A stretch of DNA of 64,000 nt, taken from the NCBI GenBank assembly GCA_965200965.1, contig OZ241744.1:2176001-2240000 (forward strand), in the 5' to 3' direction. The notes beneath the pieces are model-generated. The model had not been told where the DNA came from and did not search any database. It saw nothing but the letters and a program-made list of their open reading frames with translations. Origin of the DNA: an uncultured Candidatus Binatia bacterium (GTDB lineage: Bacteria; Desulfobacterota; Binatia; Bin18). The translations under genes were made by a program, and so were the position numbers. This document shows, in pieces, positions 17,701 through 28,101 of the stretch; within the stretch, counting starts at the first letter, position 1, and each line of letters opens with the position of its first letter.

Positions 17701-19443
17701 ATGCCACAGTTCGACACTATCGTGAAGGGCGGGACCGTTGTCGATGGGACAAAGGTGCCGCGTTACCAGGCCGACATTGGTATCAAAGACGGCAAAATTG
17801 CCGAAATCGGCAAACTGAACGCCAGCGATGCCAAGAAAGTCGTTGACGCCAGCGGGCAGATCGTGGCCCCGGGCTTTATTGACCTCCACACCCACTACGA
17901 CGCCCAACTCCACTGGGACCCCTATTGCACCATCGGCAGTTGGCACGGCGTCACCACCGTCACCATCGGCAACTGTGGCTTTGGCTTTGCCCCGCTGCGG
18001 TCCCAAGATGCCGACCGGGCCATGCTCGCCCTGTCCCGGACCGAGGCCATCCCACTGGAACCCATGCGGGTATCGATGAAGGTCGATTGGGAGACCTTCC
18101 CCCAATACATGGAGCGGCTGTCGCGGATGCCGCTCGGCGTCAACATCTCGCATCTGTTTCCGATTGCACCGGCGGTGGCGTATGTGATGGGCGGCTTTGA
18201 CGATGCCAAGAAGCGCTTCCCCAACAAGGCAGAGATGGACACCATCATCGGCCACTACAAGGAAGCGGTGCAGGCCGGGGCGGCTGGCTGGTCAGCTCAG
18301 CGCCTGGTGCCCGAAGGTCGGGCGTCGGTGCAGCGCGACTACGACGGCACGCCGATGATTACAGACATTTTGCCCGACGAGTTCTACCTGGACATGGCCC
18401 AGGCGATGAACGAGGTCGGCCAGGGCTGCATCCAGTTCACCCAATCGGGCGCTGCCGATAGCTCCTTTGGCGTTGAGGACGACTTCAAATTCCTGGAAAA
18501 AATGACCAAGACCGCCGGTCGGCCGCTGCTCTACAACGCCATCCTGATCAGCGACAAACACCCCGAATCGCACAAGGCTCAGCTCGATTGGGTCAACTCC
18601 GCCAACGAGCGCGGTGCCCGCGTCTTTGGGCAGGCCGTCACCGCCCGTGCCCCGGTGCGCATGACCCTCGAAGACTGGAACCTGTTTGACAGCGTGCCGG
18701 CCTGGAAGGAAGCCACCATTGGCACGGTCGAAGAGCGCAAAGCCAAGCTGTCCAAGCCCGAACTGCGGGCCGAGATGCGCGAAGACTACGACAAGGGCGG
18801 CATGGAGACCTTGAATGTGGTCTTTGGCGAATTCGACAAGTTCATCGCCCGCAAGGTGAAGAACACCGACCTCAAGCTGAAATACGAAGGCATGTCAGTG
18901 CAGCAGATCGCCGAAGCCGAAGGCAAGCACGTCATTGACGCCATGCTCGACCTGTCGGTGGCCGACGACCTGCGGACCGAGTGGGCCGGCCCGGTCGCCA
19001 ACGCGAACATCGAGGGCTACAAAGAACTGATGGGCTCGCCCTACACCATGCCAGGTGTGTCAGACGGCGGGGCGCATGTGAAGTTCATCACCCCGGCGAT
19101 CTACCCGACCGAAGTGCTGTCCTGGCTCGTTCGTGAGACCGGCACACTGTCGCTGGAAGAGGCTCACTTCCGCCTGAGCGGTATGATGGCCTGGGCGGCC
19201 GGCATCAAAGACCGTGGCACACTGCGCCCGGGGATGGCTGCCGATATGGTGATCTACGACATCAACACCGTCAACGCGGCCGAAGGCGAGATCGTCCATG
19301 ACCTGCCGGCCAACGAATGGCGGCGCGTCCAGCGGGCCGAAGGCTACAAGCACATCATGGTCAACGGCGAAGTGACCTTCAACGACGGCCAGTGCTCCGG
19401 GGCCACCTCCGGTGCTCTGCTGTACAACGGCGCGGCTCGCTAG
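17701..19443 (+). CDS. N-acyl-D-amino-acid deacylase-like amidohydrolase
   Basis: APGFIDLHTHYD, HGVTTV..GNCG, SDGGAH. Confidence 0.9.
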   Translation: MPQFDTIVKGGTVVDGTKVPRYQADIGIKDGKIAEIGKLNASDAKKVVDASGQIVAPGFIDLHTHYDAQLHWDPYCTIGSWHGVTTVTIGNCGFGFAPLRSQDADRAMLALSRTEAIPLEPMRVSMKVDWETFPQYMERLSRMPLGVNISHLFPIAPAVAYVMGGFDDAKKRFPNKAEMDTIIGHYKEAVQAGAAGWSAQRLVPEGRASVQRDYDGTPMITDILPDEFYLDMAQAMNEVGQGCIQFTQSGAADSSFGVEDDFKFLEKMTKTAGRPLLYNAILISDKHPESHKAQLDWVNSANERGARVFGQAVTARAPVRMTLEDWNLFDSVPAWKEATIGTVEERKAKLSKPELRAEMREDYDKGGMETLNVVFGEFDKFIARKVKNTDLKLKYEGMSVQQIAEAEGKHVIDAMLDLSVADDLRTEWAGPVANANIEGYKELMGSPYTMPGVSDGGAHVKFITPAIYPTEVLSWLVRETGTLSLEEAHFRLSGMMAWAAGIKDRGTLRPGMAADMVIYDINTVNAAEGEIVHDLPANEWRRVQRAEGYKHIMVNGEVTFNDGQCSGATSGALLYNGAAR

Positions 19444-19626
19444 GCTGACAGACCCCACCGATCGGTCCTCAACGGAGGACCCGTTGTTCAACCGGGCGGC
19501 AGGGCACTATGCTCTGCCGCCTTTTCTTTGCTGGATCACACAGCTTGACATTCAGCCCGGTTGCCCATTCTTTGTTCACGTCCCGGGCGAGACGCTGCAA
19601 GCACCCAAGTAAAAGATGGAGAAGTC

Positions 19627-20787
19627 ATGCAAGACAATCCCTATGTGTCTGCCGACGGCCATGTGGTCGAACCGGCCGATCTGTGGACCACCCGCATGGA
19701 CCGCAAGTTCCGTGACCGCGCCCCGCGCGTCGAGTCACGCCCGGAGGCAGACTATTATGTGATTGACGGGCTGGCTCCCTTCGCCGTTGGCCTCGAAGGC
19801 GTGACCCTGGAAGATAAGATCGCCGGGGAGATCACCACCGTTATCGGCCACCGTCACAGCGAGACCCGGCCCGGGGCCTCGGACCCGCAGGCGCGCTTGG
19901 CCGACCAGGACCTTGACCATCTGCGGGCCGAGGTCTTATATCCCGGCGCGTTCGGCCTTCAGTTCTGGACGCTGACCGATGCCGCCTACCAGCGCGAATG
20001 CTTCCGGGTCTACAACGACTGGCTCGGCGAGTTCTGCGCCGCCGCCCCGGAGCGCTTCTTAGGCGCGGGCCTCCTGCCGCTCAGAGGGCCGATTGCGTGG
20101 GCGTGTGAGGAAGCCGAGCGGGCGGCAAGCAAGGGCCTGTGCTCCCTCTCCATCCCGGCTGAGGTGGCCGACCAATCCTATGCCGACCCGGAGTTCAGCC
20201 GGCTGTGGGACACCCTGCAAGACCTTGGTCTGCCCGTCTCCATTCACTCCGGTACCACAACCGGCGAGCCGTTTGCCACCAAGTTTGCGCGGCTCGGCAT
20301 GGGCATGGGGCTGGTCAACACCAAGATCAGCCTGCCCATGAACGCCCTGGCCGGCCTCATCTGGGGAGCCCTGCCCCAGCGCTATCCCCGGCTCAAGTTC
20401 GTCATCGTCGAGGGCGGCATCGGCTGGATCGCCTCCCTGCTGGGCCTGATGGATCACTGGTGGAAGGATCACCACCGGTGGATGACCCCCAAACTGGACG
20501 AAGCGCCCAGCACCTGTTTCAGGCGTCAGTTCTGGGCCACCTTTGAAGACGACCGGGCCGGCATCCTGACGCGTGGCTTGCTGGGCGTGGACCGGCTGAT
20601 GTGGGGCTCGGACTATCCCCACACCGAGGGAACCTTTCCCCACTCGCAAGCCCAGATCAGGCGGGACTTTGCAGGGGTGACCGAGAGCGAAGTCTACCAG
20701 ATGGTGGCCGGCAACGCGGCCAAACTCTACGGACTCGACCCCTGGGCCGGCTTCCGTTCCGCCCGGTCGGCAGAAGCCTCCTTGTGA
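19627..20787 (+). CDS. Amidohydrolase_2 family protein
   Basis: SADGHVVEP, MWGSDYPHTEG. Confidence 0.9.
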   Translation: MQDNPYVSADGHVVEPADLWTTRMDRKFRDRAPRVESRPEADYYVIDGLAPFAVGLEGVTLEDKIAGEITTVIGHRHSETRPGASDPQARLADQDLDHLRAEVLYPGAFGLQFWTLTDAAYQRECFRVYNDWLGEFCAAAPERFLGAGLLPLRGPIAWACEEAERAASKGLCSLSIPAEVADQSYADPEFSRLWDTLQDLGLPVSIHSGTTTGEPFATKFARLGMGMGLVNTKISLPMNALAGLIWGALPQRYPRLKFVIVEGGIGWIASLLGLMDHWWKDHHRWMTPKLDEAPSTCFRRQFWATFEDDRAGILTRGLLGVDRLMWGSDYPHTEGTFPHSQAQIRRDFAGVTESEVYQMVAGNAAKLYGLDPWAGFRSARSAEASL

Positions 20788-20796
20788 CAGCCCGCC

Positions 20797-21477
20797 CTAC
20801 GCCTCCTGAGATGGGTACAGCGGCGTGCCCCGCAGCGCAGCCGGATAGTTGACCGCGGCCGCGCTCTGGTAGGCCGGCCGTGCGGTCTGCCGCGCCGTAT
20901 AGTCTGTGAGCGTATCGTCCAGGGGCTGGTGATAGAAATCGGCCCAGGTCAAACAGCTGGTCAGAATGATATCGGCGCAGCTGAACGCGTCGCCTAACAC
21001 ATACGGCCCAGCGGTCCGCAACTCCCGGCTCATCACGGCCACCTGTCGGGCAAACCCTTCTTGCGCAGCTGTGATCGCGTTGGGCGCTTCGCCGTACAGC
21101 TTGGCGAGGTCGCGGTGACGGCGTATCACATACAGGGTGTGGGCGTCCAACTCGGTCATCAGAAAAAAACACCACTGGTTGTAGACCGCCCGCTGGCGCG
21201 AACCGGGTGCCGGCAGCAGGTCGGGGCCGTAGCTATCGGCCAGATAGGTGACAATGGCCGCGCTCTCGGCCAGGACCAGATCACCGTCGCACAGGACCGG
21301 AATTTTTCCGCGCGGGTTCAAGGCCAGATACTCCGGCGTCTGCGTCTCCCCGGTTCGGGAGCCGATCAGCCGCCTGGCATAATGTGTGATGCCGAGTTCG
21401 TGCAACACCCAGTGAACCCGCATGGTGCGGGTCGTTCCTCCACCCCAGACGGTGAGGCGTTGATGTTCGTCTGCCAT
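20797..21477 (-). CDS. Glutathione S-transferase family protein
   Basis: LNPRGKIPVL, ESAAI, FSCADI; start MADEHQ. Confidence 0.9.
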   Translation of the reverse strand: MADEHQRLTVWGGGTTRTMRVHWVLHELGITHYARRLIGSRTGETQTPEYLALNPRGKIPVLCDGDLVLAESAAIVTYLADSYGPDLLPAPGSRQRAVYNQWCFFLMTELDAHTLYVIRRHRDLAKLYGEAPNAITAAQEGFARQVAVMSRELRTAGPYVLGDAFSCADIILTSCLTWADFYHQPLDDTLTDYTARQTARPAYQSAAAVNYPAALRGTPLYPSQEA

Positions 21478-21538
21478 CGCTTGTCTCCACTCTGTTGGCA
21501 GTATAGGAGGGAGGGGGGCAGAATCAAGGAGGGGACGC

Positions 21539-21727
21539 ATGGCAGGGGAAAAGCTCGTGTACCGCTGGTGGGTGCTGGCCACCAGCGTTCCGGTCTTCAC
21601 CTGTACCTTTGGCATGGGCCTGGTTGGCATTAATCCGGTGCTGGGCTTCATCTTCCGGGGCGGCGGTTATGTGCTCTCGGGCCTGCTGTTTCCGGCCTTG
21701 AAAGAGACCGGACTCAGAGCAGCCTGA
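21539..21727 (+). CDS. Small hydrophobic hypothetical protein (62 aa)
   Basis: Strong aaggagg RBS; hydrophobic stretches; no recognised family. Confidence 0.4.
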   Translation: MAGEKLVYRWWVLATSVPVFTCTFGMGLVGINPVLGFIFRGGGYVLSGLLFPALKETGLRAA

Positions 21728-21745
21728 GAAAACAAGGAGAGGCGC

Positions 21746-22117
21746 GTGAAGCACTACAAAATATATGAGCATCCTGCTGGAAGAATTGAAGCAGTGAAAC
21801 AAGGCTGGTCATGGCCAGCGTTCTTCTTTGTCCCTACATGGGCACTGTTTAAGAAAATGTGGGGGTTGGGCGGCGGCGTTCTCGCAGCGTACCTCTTCTC
21901 CGTCTTCTTACTCCCTGAAGAAGAAGCAGGAGATTTGTCATTGATACTTGTCGAAACCGCTCTGCACGTTATCTTCGCTGTGAACGGTAACAGATGGCGG
22001 GAGAACAATCTGCAATCGCGTGGCTATGAGCACAAAGAGACGCAGACCGCAGCACATCCAGAGGGAGCAGTCGCGCTCTATCTCAGGCACAAATCAAACG
22101 CCCCTGTTCAGATGTAG
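21746..22117 (+). CDS. DUF2628-like membrane protein
   Basis: VKQGWSWPAFFF..WAL, GNRW...L..RGY; aaggag RBS. Confidence 0.75.
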   Translation: MKHYKIYEHPAGRIEAVKQGWSWPAFFFVPTWALFKKMWGLGGGVLAAYLFSVFLLPEEEAGDLSLILVETALHVIFAVNGNRWRENNLQSRGYEHKETQTAAHPEGAVALYLRHKSNAPVQM

Positions 22118-22167
22118 CCGTGATGGTGATAGGAAAGACAGACTTGGTAGCAAAGGAGGCAATACCC

Positions 22168-22818
22168 ATGTCCGCCGAACCCGGAATCTTTGAGATCATC
22201 TACTCCACCCGCGCCATGCGCCGGCTCAAACCAGACCCCATCCCGGAAGACACCCTGAAAAAAATTGTGGACGCCGGCATCCGCTGTGCCAGCGGCGGCA
22301 ATATGCAGGACTGGGCGTTCATCATCGTCCAGGACACAGAGCGCAAACGCTTTATCCGGGATTACTACTGGAATACCTGGCAGCAGATGCGGGGCAGCGG
22401 CACGCTCAACTACGACGATATCCCCGCCCCCCAGCAGCGGATGCTGAACGCCGCAGCCCACCTCGCCGCCCACATGGACGAAGCGCCGGCCCTGCTGCTG
22501 GCCTGCACCCGCGACCACTATCCGCCCATCGCCGTAATGGGCAATGAGCGGGCGAGTAAAATCGTCGTCTACGGCTCCATCTTTCCCGCGGTCCAGAACA
22601 TCCTGCTGGCCTGCCGCGCCCTCGGCGTGGGAGCAACCCTGACGACCATCCACTGCTTTTTTGAGGACCAGCTCAAGGCCCGGCTGCATGTCCCGGACGA
22701 TATGGAAGTCGCGGCCCTGATCCCGATGGGCTACCCCCAGGGCACGTTTGGTCCAGTCACCCGCAAGCCGGTTGAAGAGGTGATACACTGGGACGAGTGG
22801 GGCAATACCAGGGCGTGA
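22168..22818 (+). CDS. Nitroreductase family protein
   Basis: RAMRRLKPDPIP, SGGNMQDW, VQNILLACRALGVG, IPMGYP. Confidence 0.9.
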   Translation: MSAEPGIFEIIYSTRAMRRLKPDPIPEDTLKKIVDAGIRCASGGNMQDWAFIIVQDTERKRFIRDYYWNTWQQMRGSGTLNYDDIPAPQQRMLNAAAHLAAHMDEAPALLLACTRDHYPPIAVMGNERASKIVVYGSIFPAVQNILLACRALGVGATLTTIHCFFEDQLKARLHVPDDMEVAALIPMGYPQGTFGPVTRKPVEEVIHWDEWGNTRA

Positions 22819-22902
22819 CCCGCCTCCGCTTTTCACCGGATACCCCGCCGAACGCAGGATCGGGGCGACCGTCCCACCGTCCGAAGGGCTGGGGGTGAAC
22901 GC

Positions 22903-24240
22903 ATGGCTCAAACCCGCGAGCAGAGCCGCCATACTGTCCGTGAGCTCTATGACTTTATCGGCGAGCACCTGTACCTGAACCGCCCTGACCTTGACCTTGG
23001 CGGCGAAAAGCTGAACTCGACCCTGCTGCTCAGCCTGCTGACCGCGCTGATTGGCGGCAAAGCCCTCATCATTGGCGAGCCGGGCCTGGGCAAGACCACC
23101 TCCGCCGAATATATCGCCTGCCTGTTCTACCGCATTCCGCTCGGCGTCATCTGGGGCAGCCAGGTCGCCGGCCACCCCGAGCAGACCGAGGAGAAAATTG
23201 TCGGCCGGCCAAATCTGGGCAAACTCAACCAGGGCGAAGAGCAGGTGGTGTGGAGCAATTTTGCCCAACTGCCGGTCAAGATCATTGACGAAATCAACCG
23301 CCTGCCCGAGACCAAACAAAGCCTGATTCTCGACGGCGTTGACCGGGGCAACTGGGAATACCTCAATCAATTCCTGCTCCACGATGAATACTGCCTGTTT
23401 GCCACCGCCAATTACCAGGACCCCGGCACCCACCCCTTGATCCCGCCCCTGCTCGACCGCTTTGATGTGATGATCGAGTCCAGACATCCCGGCGCAAACC
23501 TGGCCTTTTTCATCGGCCAACAGGACAACACAGACGCCCTGCTGCGGGACCCCGAACAAGAGCAAGCCTTGTATGCCGTGCTGAGCAATGGCCAGACGCC
23601 GGCAAACGCCGAGCTGGAAGCCGCCTGTCAGCGGTTTGCCGAGTGCTTGTCCGCTCAGCACGGCCTGCGCACCTTTGACAAGGCCGAGCGGCAGGCAATC
23701 CGTGCAGATATAGCCAGCCTCGGCTTCAGCCAGGACGCCAGCGCGTTCGCCCGGACAGCCCTGGCCGAGTTTTCGTTCTGCTGTTTATACGGACAAAAAC
23801 GCTCAAACGAAGAGTGCCCCGAAGGCTGCCACTACACCGGCTATCTGTGTTATCAGGTCCAGAACTGCGCCTCGAACCGCCTGCCGATTGCGCTGCGGCA
23901 CTACGCCCAGGCCCTGGTCTGGTTTCTGGGCGGCGAGCAGGTCAAGGCCGAACATGTGCGCTGGGTTCTGCCCTTTGTGCTCGCCCACCGCACCCAGTGG
24001 CGCGACGCCTATGTTGCCGCCCGGGAGCGGGAGGCGCGCCGTGACCCGCTGCCCCTCCATCTGGCCAAACAGGCCACCGCCGAGAGCTGGCGGCGGTTTG
24101 CCGAACAGCGCGACGACATCATGGGTGCGCTGGCGATTGCGGCCCGGATTCTGGCCGGCGAGGATGTGGCCCCAAGCCAGGGCGACCATCCGATCTTTGC
24201 CGAGATTCAGCGCGACTTGGGGATTGAGCCGGCATGGTAA
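22903..24240 (+). CDS. MoxR-family AAA+ ATPase
   Basis: Walker A GEPGLGKTT, Walker B IIDEINRL, ATAN, LLDRF. Confidence 0.85.
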   Translation: MAQTREQSRHTVRELYDFIGEHLYLNRPDLDLGGEKLNSTLLLSLLTALIGGKALIIGEPGLGKTTSAEYIACLFYRIPLGVIWGSQVAGHPEQTEEKIVGRPNLGKLNQGEEQVVWSNFAQLPVKIIDEINRLPETKQSLILDGVDRGNWEYLNQFLLHDEYCLFATANYQDPGTHPLIPPLLDRFDVMIESRHPGANLAFFIGQQDNTDALLRDPEQEQALYAVLSNGQTPANAELEAACQRFAECLSAQHGLRTFDKAERQAIRADIASLGFSQDASAFARTALAEFSFCCLYGQKRSNEECPEGCHYTGYLCYQVQNCASNRLPIALRHYAQALVWFLGGEQVKAEHVRWVLPFVLAHRTQWRDAYVAAREREARRDPLPLHLAKQATAESWRRFAEQRDDIMGALAIAARILAGEDVAPSQGDHPIFAEIQRDLGIEPAW

Positions 24241-24992
24241 ACCCATTTGCCGAGTTCCAGACCTGCCGGCCCCGCCGGCGCGCCCTGCCGCTCGACCGTA
24301 TCGTTGCCATCCGGGACGCGCGGCTTGAACAGCTGATGGCCGGCTACACGGCCTATATCGCCCAGACCGAACTGGATTGGGACCGCATGCCCAACCGTCA
24401 TCTCACCGACCAGGCGTATGAAGCCGCGCTGCGCTGTGTGACCGGGCTTGTCTGCGACCCCGACGATATTGAGGATTTCTGTTTCAGCCTCGAACAGCTC
24501 CATACGCCGACGACTGCCCACGAGCTGCCGGATAACGCGCCCGGCCTGTGGGGCCTGTCCGGTCTGTACCTGTCGGCCCTGTGCAACCGGACCAAGGGCA
24601 GCCGACTGCAACTCCGCCTGCAATGGATGCCGGCGCGGCTCCATCTGCTGGGCTATAAGCTCCCGGCCGGCAAGCGGCTCAACATTGAGGGCCTGTGCGG
24701 CGACTTGCTCGGCATGGCCCTGGCCGGCGGAGAAATCAGCCTCCAGGGCAGCGCCTTCCATGGCGTCGGCTATGAACTGCAACAGGGCAGGATCACGATC
24801 TCCGACAACGCCGGAGAAGATGTCGGCCAGGGCATGGTCGGCGGAGAAATCCACATCCTTGGCGGTCGCATTCGAGGCGTTGGTCAGGTTTGTGGCGGCA
24901 GCGTCTATCTCGGCCAACGGCGCGTTGCTCCTGCTCCCATTGAGCCAGACGAGTGCCACACGAGCGCGGCCAGGGAGCGCCCACCCGCATGA
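24234..24992 (+). CDS. Hypothetical protein with FwdC/GltB-C-like GxGxG beta-helix
   Basis: Repeated G..M/L.GG.I.I.G units (GMALAGGEISLQG, GQGMVGGEIHILG); overlaps both neighbours. Confidence 0.65.
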   Translation: MVNPFAEFQTCRPRRRALPLDRIVAIRDARLEQLMAGYTAYIAQTELDWDRMPNRHLTDQAYEAALRCVTGLVCDPDDIEDFCFSLEQLHTPTTAHELPDNAPGLWGLSGLYLSALCNRTKGSRLQLRLQWMPARLHLLGYKLPAGKRLNIEGLCGDLLGMALAGGEISLQGSAFHGVGYELQQGRITISDNAGEDVGQGMVGGEIHILGGRIRGVGQVCGGSVYLGQRRVAPAPIEPDECHTSAARERPPA

Positions 24993-26602
24993 ACCTTCAC
25001 GCCACGCTCGCCGCGGTCTGGCCCCGCGCCCGACGCAAACATTTTTTTCCCGAGCTGCCCCGGCCACGCATTACCGACGGCCTCAGCCAGGAAGCGGTGG
25101 AAGTGCGTCAGCGACAGATCATTCTGAACCCCAGCTTTTGTCAGCAGCTCGCCGAGCACCTGCCGGTCAAGGCCGTGATCGAAGCCCTGCTTGACCACGG
25201 CATTGCCCACTACACCCGCTGCCCGTGGGATGTTGCCACCCATCTGCGGCTGTACGCCGCGGCCAAACGCGAACTCGGCCGCCGCGATTACGCCCAGCGG
25301 GCAAGCGATATTTTTATCGACATAGTGGTCAACACCCACTGTGTCAAAGACTTTGACACCGCCCTGCCCCAGGTATATCGTCACCTCCAGCGCCTCAGCG
25401 GTCGCCCGCTCGACCGGCTGACCGTCGCCTTATACAGCCTGATGTGGGGCATGGACCTTGAGGCCAGCGGCCCCGAGCCGCTGTTGCGACGCTTGGCGCG
25501 GATTCCGTATCTGGACCGCGGCCGCTGGGAAGAGAGCATCCGGCGCTTCTGCCGACTGATCCAGCCAGTCCTTGACGAAGAACGCCGGCACTCAGAGATT
25601 CTGCCCACCGCCCTGCTCGGCCGCCACGGCCTGTCGAGTCATGCCCCCAACGAGGTCGAACGCGGCCTGCGGACCTTTGCCCTCCAGGTAGACAATCCGC
25701 GCGAGTTTCGGACCACGATTGCCGATTTTGACGGGGAACTGGCAGCCCAGGGCCACGCCGAAGAACAGGAGGGCATGGGCTGGGGCCGGGGCGAGCGGAT
25801 TGACACCGGCCTGCTCTACTACATGAAGCTGACCGAGCAGTACCAGCTGCCCGTATCCGCTGCGCCGCTGCACCGGAGCAGTTCCTCAGACCCGCATATG
25901 CATACCCCGTGGGAGCTGAGCAAGCCGCTTCAAGACCTGGATGTGTGGACCAGTTTTGGCAAGCTCCTCCCCGGTCTGTCCCAAGCCTGGCTGTACCAGA
26001 ACGGCCTGCTCTACGGTCGCCGGGAGGGCGTGCCCGACTGTATCATCATCCTCGACTCCTCGGGCAGCATGGCCAACCCGCGCTATCTGCTGAGTCACGC
26101 GATTGTCGGTGCCGGCTGTGCCGCGGACGCCTATCTGCGCGCCGGTGCCGAGGTGGCGGTCTACAATTTCAGCGACGTGCCGGCCGGTGACAAGCTGGTG
26201 CTCGGCTTCAGCAGGGAACGCAAGCCGGTCTATCAGGCCCTATGCCGCTATTTTGGCGGGGGTACGGTCTTTTCGTTTGAAGAACTCGACGAGCTGCTGC
26301 GGCTCGTTGCGCACGACCGGCCCGATATCTTCTTTATTACCGATATGCAGATTCCCGACCTGCACAGCCTGATTGCCTATCTGTCAGAATTGACCGGCCG
26401 GATTACCGCGGTGCATATCGGCGAGACCGACTCGGCCGCGGTGTTCAAAAAAGAAACCGCCGGCTGGAGAAACGCCCAGGTGTTTTCTGTCCGGCGGCGG
26501 GAGGATATCCCGCGCATTGTGCTGGGTCAGGTCAAAACCTGCCTGGGCTACGGCCAGAGCGCAAAGGGTGAGGCAGATACTTGTCGGCTTACGCTTCGCT
26601 AA
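24989..26602 (+). CDS. VWA-domain protein (MoxR partner)
   Basis: MIDAS LDSSGSM, GGGT, FITD; ATGA overlap with upstream gene. Confidence 0.8.
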   Translation: MNLHATLAAVWPRARRKHFFPELPRPRITDGLSQEAVEVRQRQIILNPSFCQQLAEHLPVKAVIEALLDHGIAHYTRCPWDVATHLRLYAAAKRELGRRDYAQRASDIFIDIVVNTHCVKDFDTALPQVYRHLQRLSGRPLDRLTVALYSLMWGMDLEASGPEPLLRRLARIPYLDRGRWEESIRRFCRLIQPVLDEERRHSEILPTALLGRHGLSSHAPNEVERGLRTFALQVDNPREFRTTIADFDGELAAQGHAEEQEGMGWGRGERIDTGLLYYMKLTEQYQLPVSAAPLHRSSSSDPHMHTPWELSKPLQDLDVWTSFGKLLPGLSQAWLYQNGLLYGRREGVPDCIIILDSSGSMANPRYLLSHAIVGAGCAADAYLRAGAEVAVYNFSDVPAGDKLVLGFSRERKPVYQALCRYFGGGTVFSFEELDELLRLVAHDRPDIFFITDMQIPDLHSLIAYLSELTGRITAVHIGETDSAAVFKKETAGWRNAQVFSVRRREDIPRIVLGQVKTCLGYGQSAKGEADTCRLTLR

Positions 26603-26655
26603 GCCGACCTGCGATGCACGAAGGGCGAGGCAGTCGTTTCGCCATAAGGGGCGGC

Positions 26656-28101
26656 CTAGCCCAGGGACAGGAACGACTCGCGGGCGATAGAAATGGAGGC
26701 CGAGGGAAAGACGCCGAGCAGGACCGTGCCCGCCGCGGCGATGATGATCGCCAGGCTGAGGGCGGGGCGTAGCGCGGCGATCTCCAGGGCGTGTTCGTCC
26801 TCGTGCATATACATGGTGACAATCACCCGGATGTAGTAGCAGGCCGAGACCGCGCTGTTGAGCACAGCGATGACCGCCAAGCCGATATACCCGGCCTCAA
26901 CCGCGGCGCTGAAGACGTAGAACTTGCCGGTAAAGCCGACCAGCGGCGGTACGCCGGTAAGCGACAGCATGAAAATTGCCATTGCCATGCCCAGGGCCGG
27001 ATGGCGGAAGCCCAGCCCGGCATAATCGCCGAGCTCTTCGTGTCCTTGATCCTGACGATTCAGAGCCAGCACCACCCCGAACGCGCCCAGATTCATAAAG
27101 CCGTAGGCCAGCAGATAATACAGCAGGGCCGCACCGCCCAGGTCTGTGCCGGCCACCATCGCCACCAGCACATAGCCGGCGTGGGCGACACTGGAGTAGG
27201 CCAGCATACGCTTGATATTGGTCTGAACCAGGGCTGTCAGATTGCCGACTGTCATTGTCAGCGCGGCAGCCGCCCACACCACGCCCTGCCACTCGGCATG
27301 AACCGCGCCGAGCGTATGCAGAAAGACCCGGGCAAAGGCGGCAAAGGCCGCGGCCTTCACGCCGACCGCCATGAACGCGGTAATCGTGGTTGGTGCGCCC
27401 TCGTATACATCGGGCGTCCAGACATGGAAGGGGGCGGCGGCCACCTTGAAGCCAAAGCCGACCAGCAACAGCCCCATGCCAATGAGCAGCAGGCTTGAGG
27501 ACCCCTCGGCTGCGACCTGCTCGGCAATCACGGCCAATTGCAGGCTGCCCGTTGCCCCGTACATCAAGGCCATGCCGTACAGCAGAAAACCGCTGGCAAA
27601 CGCACCGAGCAGGAAGTATTTCAGCGCGGCTTCATGTGCGCTCAGGCGCTGGTGCCAGATGCCGGCCAGCACATAGACGGCGATGGACATGGTTTCGAGG
27701 CCCAGAAAAATCGTAATCAGGTCGGTCGCCGCGGCCATCAGGACCATGCCGACCGCGGCAAACAGCAGCAGGGCGTAGTATTCGCCCTGGCGGATTCTGG
27801 TCATGTCCAGATAGCTGCCCGACATCAGCACGGTCAGCGCCCCGGCCAGACAAAAGAGGCTGTTAAAAAACAGGGCGTAGGAATCCAGGGCCAAAGGCCC
27901 GGATGCGTCGGCGCGTCCCCACAGGGCAAGAGACACCGCACCGCTTGCCACAAAGCCGCTGACGGTCAGCCAGGCCAAGTGGGGGCGGTCTGCTTCCTGA
28001 ATCCAGAGGTCCCAGAACAGGACCAGCAGCCCGGTCAGGACCAGCAGCCCGGAGGGCAGGACGGCCAGCCAGTTGATGTGTGGCAGGGCAATCATCTCCA
28101 T
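26656..28101 (-). CDS. nuoN: NADH-quinone oxidoreductase subunit N
   Basis: EAALKYFLLG, PFHVWTPDVYEGAP, KRMLAYSS. Confidence 0.95.
   Translation of the reverse strand: MEMIALPHINWLAVLPSGLLVLTGLLVLFWDLWIQEADRPHLAWLTVSGFVASGAVSLALWGRADASGPLALDSYALFFNSLFCLAGALTVLMSGSYLDMTRIRQGEYYALLLFAAVGMVLMAAATDLITIFLGLETMSIAVYVLAGIWHQRLSAHEAALKYFLLGAFASGFLLYGMALMYGATGSLQLAVIAEQVAAEGSSSLLLIGMGLLLVGFGFKVAAAPFHVWTPDVYEGAPTTITAFMAVGVKAAAFAAFARVFLHTLGAVHAEWQGVVWAAAALTMTVGNLTALVQTNIKRMLAYSSVAHAGYVLVAMVAGTDLGGAALLYYLLAYGFMNLGAFGVVLALNRQDQGHEELGDYAGLGFRHPALGMAMAIFMLSLTGVPPLVGFTGKFYVFSAAVEAGYIGLAVIAVLNSAVSACYYIRVIVTMYMHEDEHALEIAALRPALSLAIIIAAAGTVLLGVFPSASISIARESFLSLG

Noticed and set aside
22108-23661. 517-aa minus-strand ORF and similar long antisense ORFs (12601-13908, 46671-48131, 49459-50556)
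   Set aside because: GC-rich antisense shadows of genes with clear motifs on the other strand.
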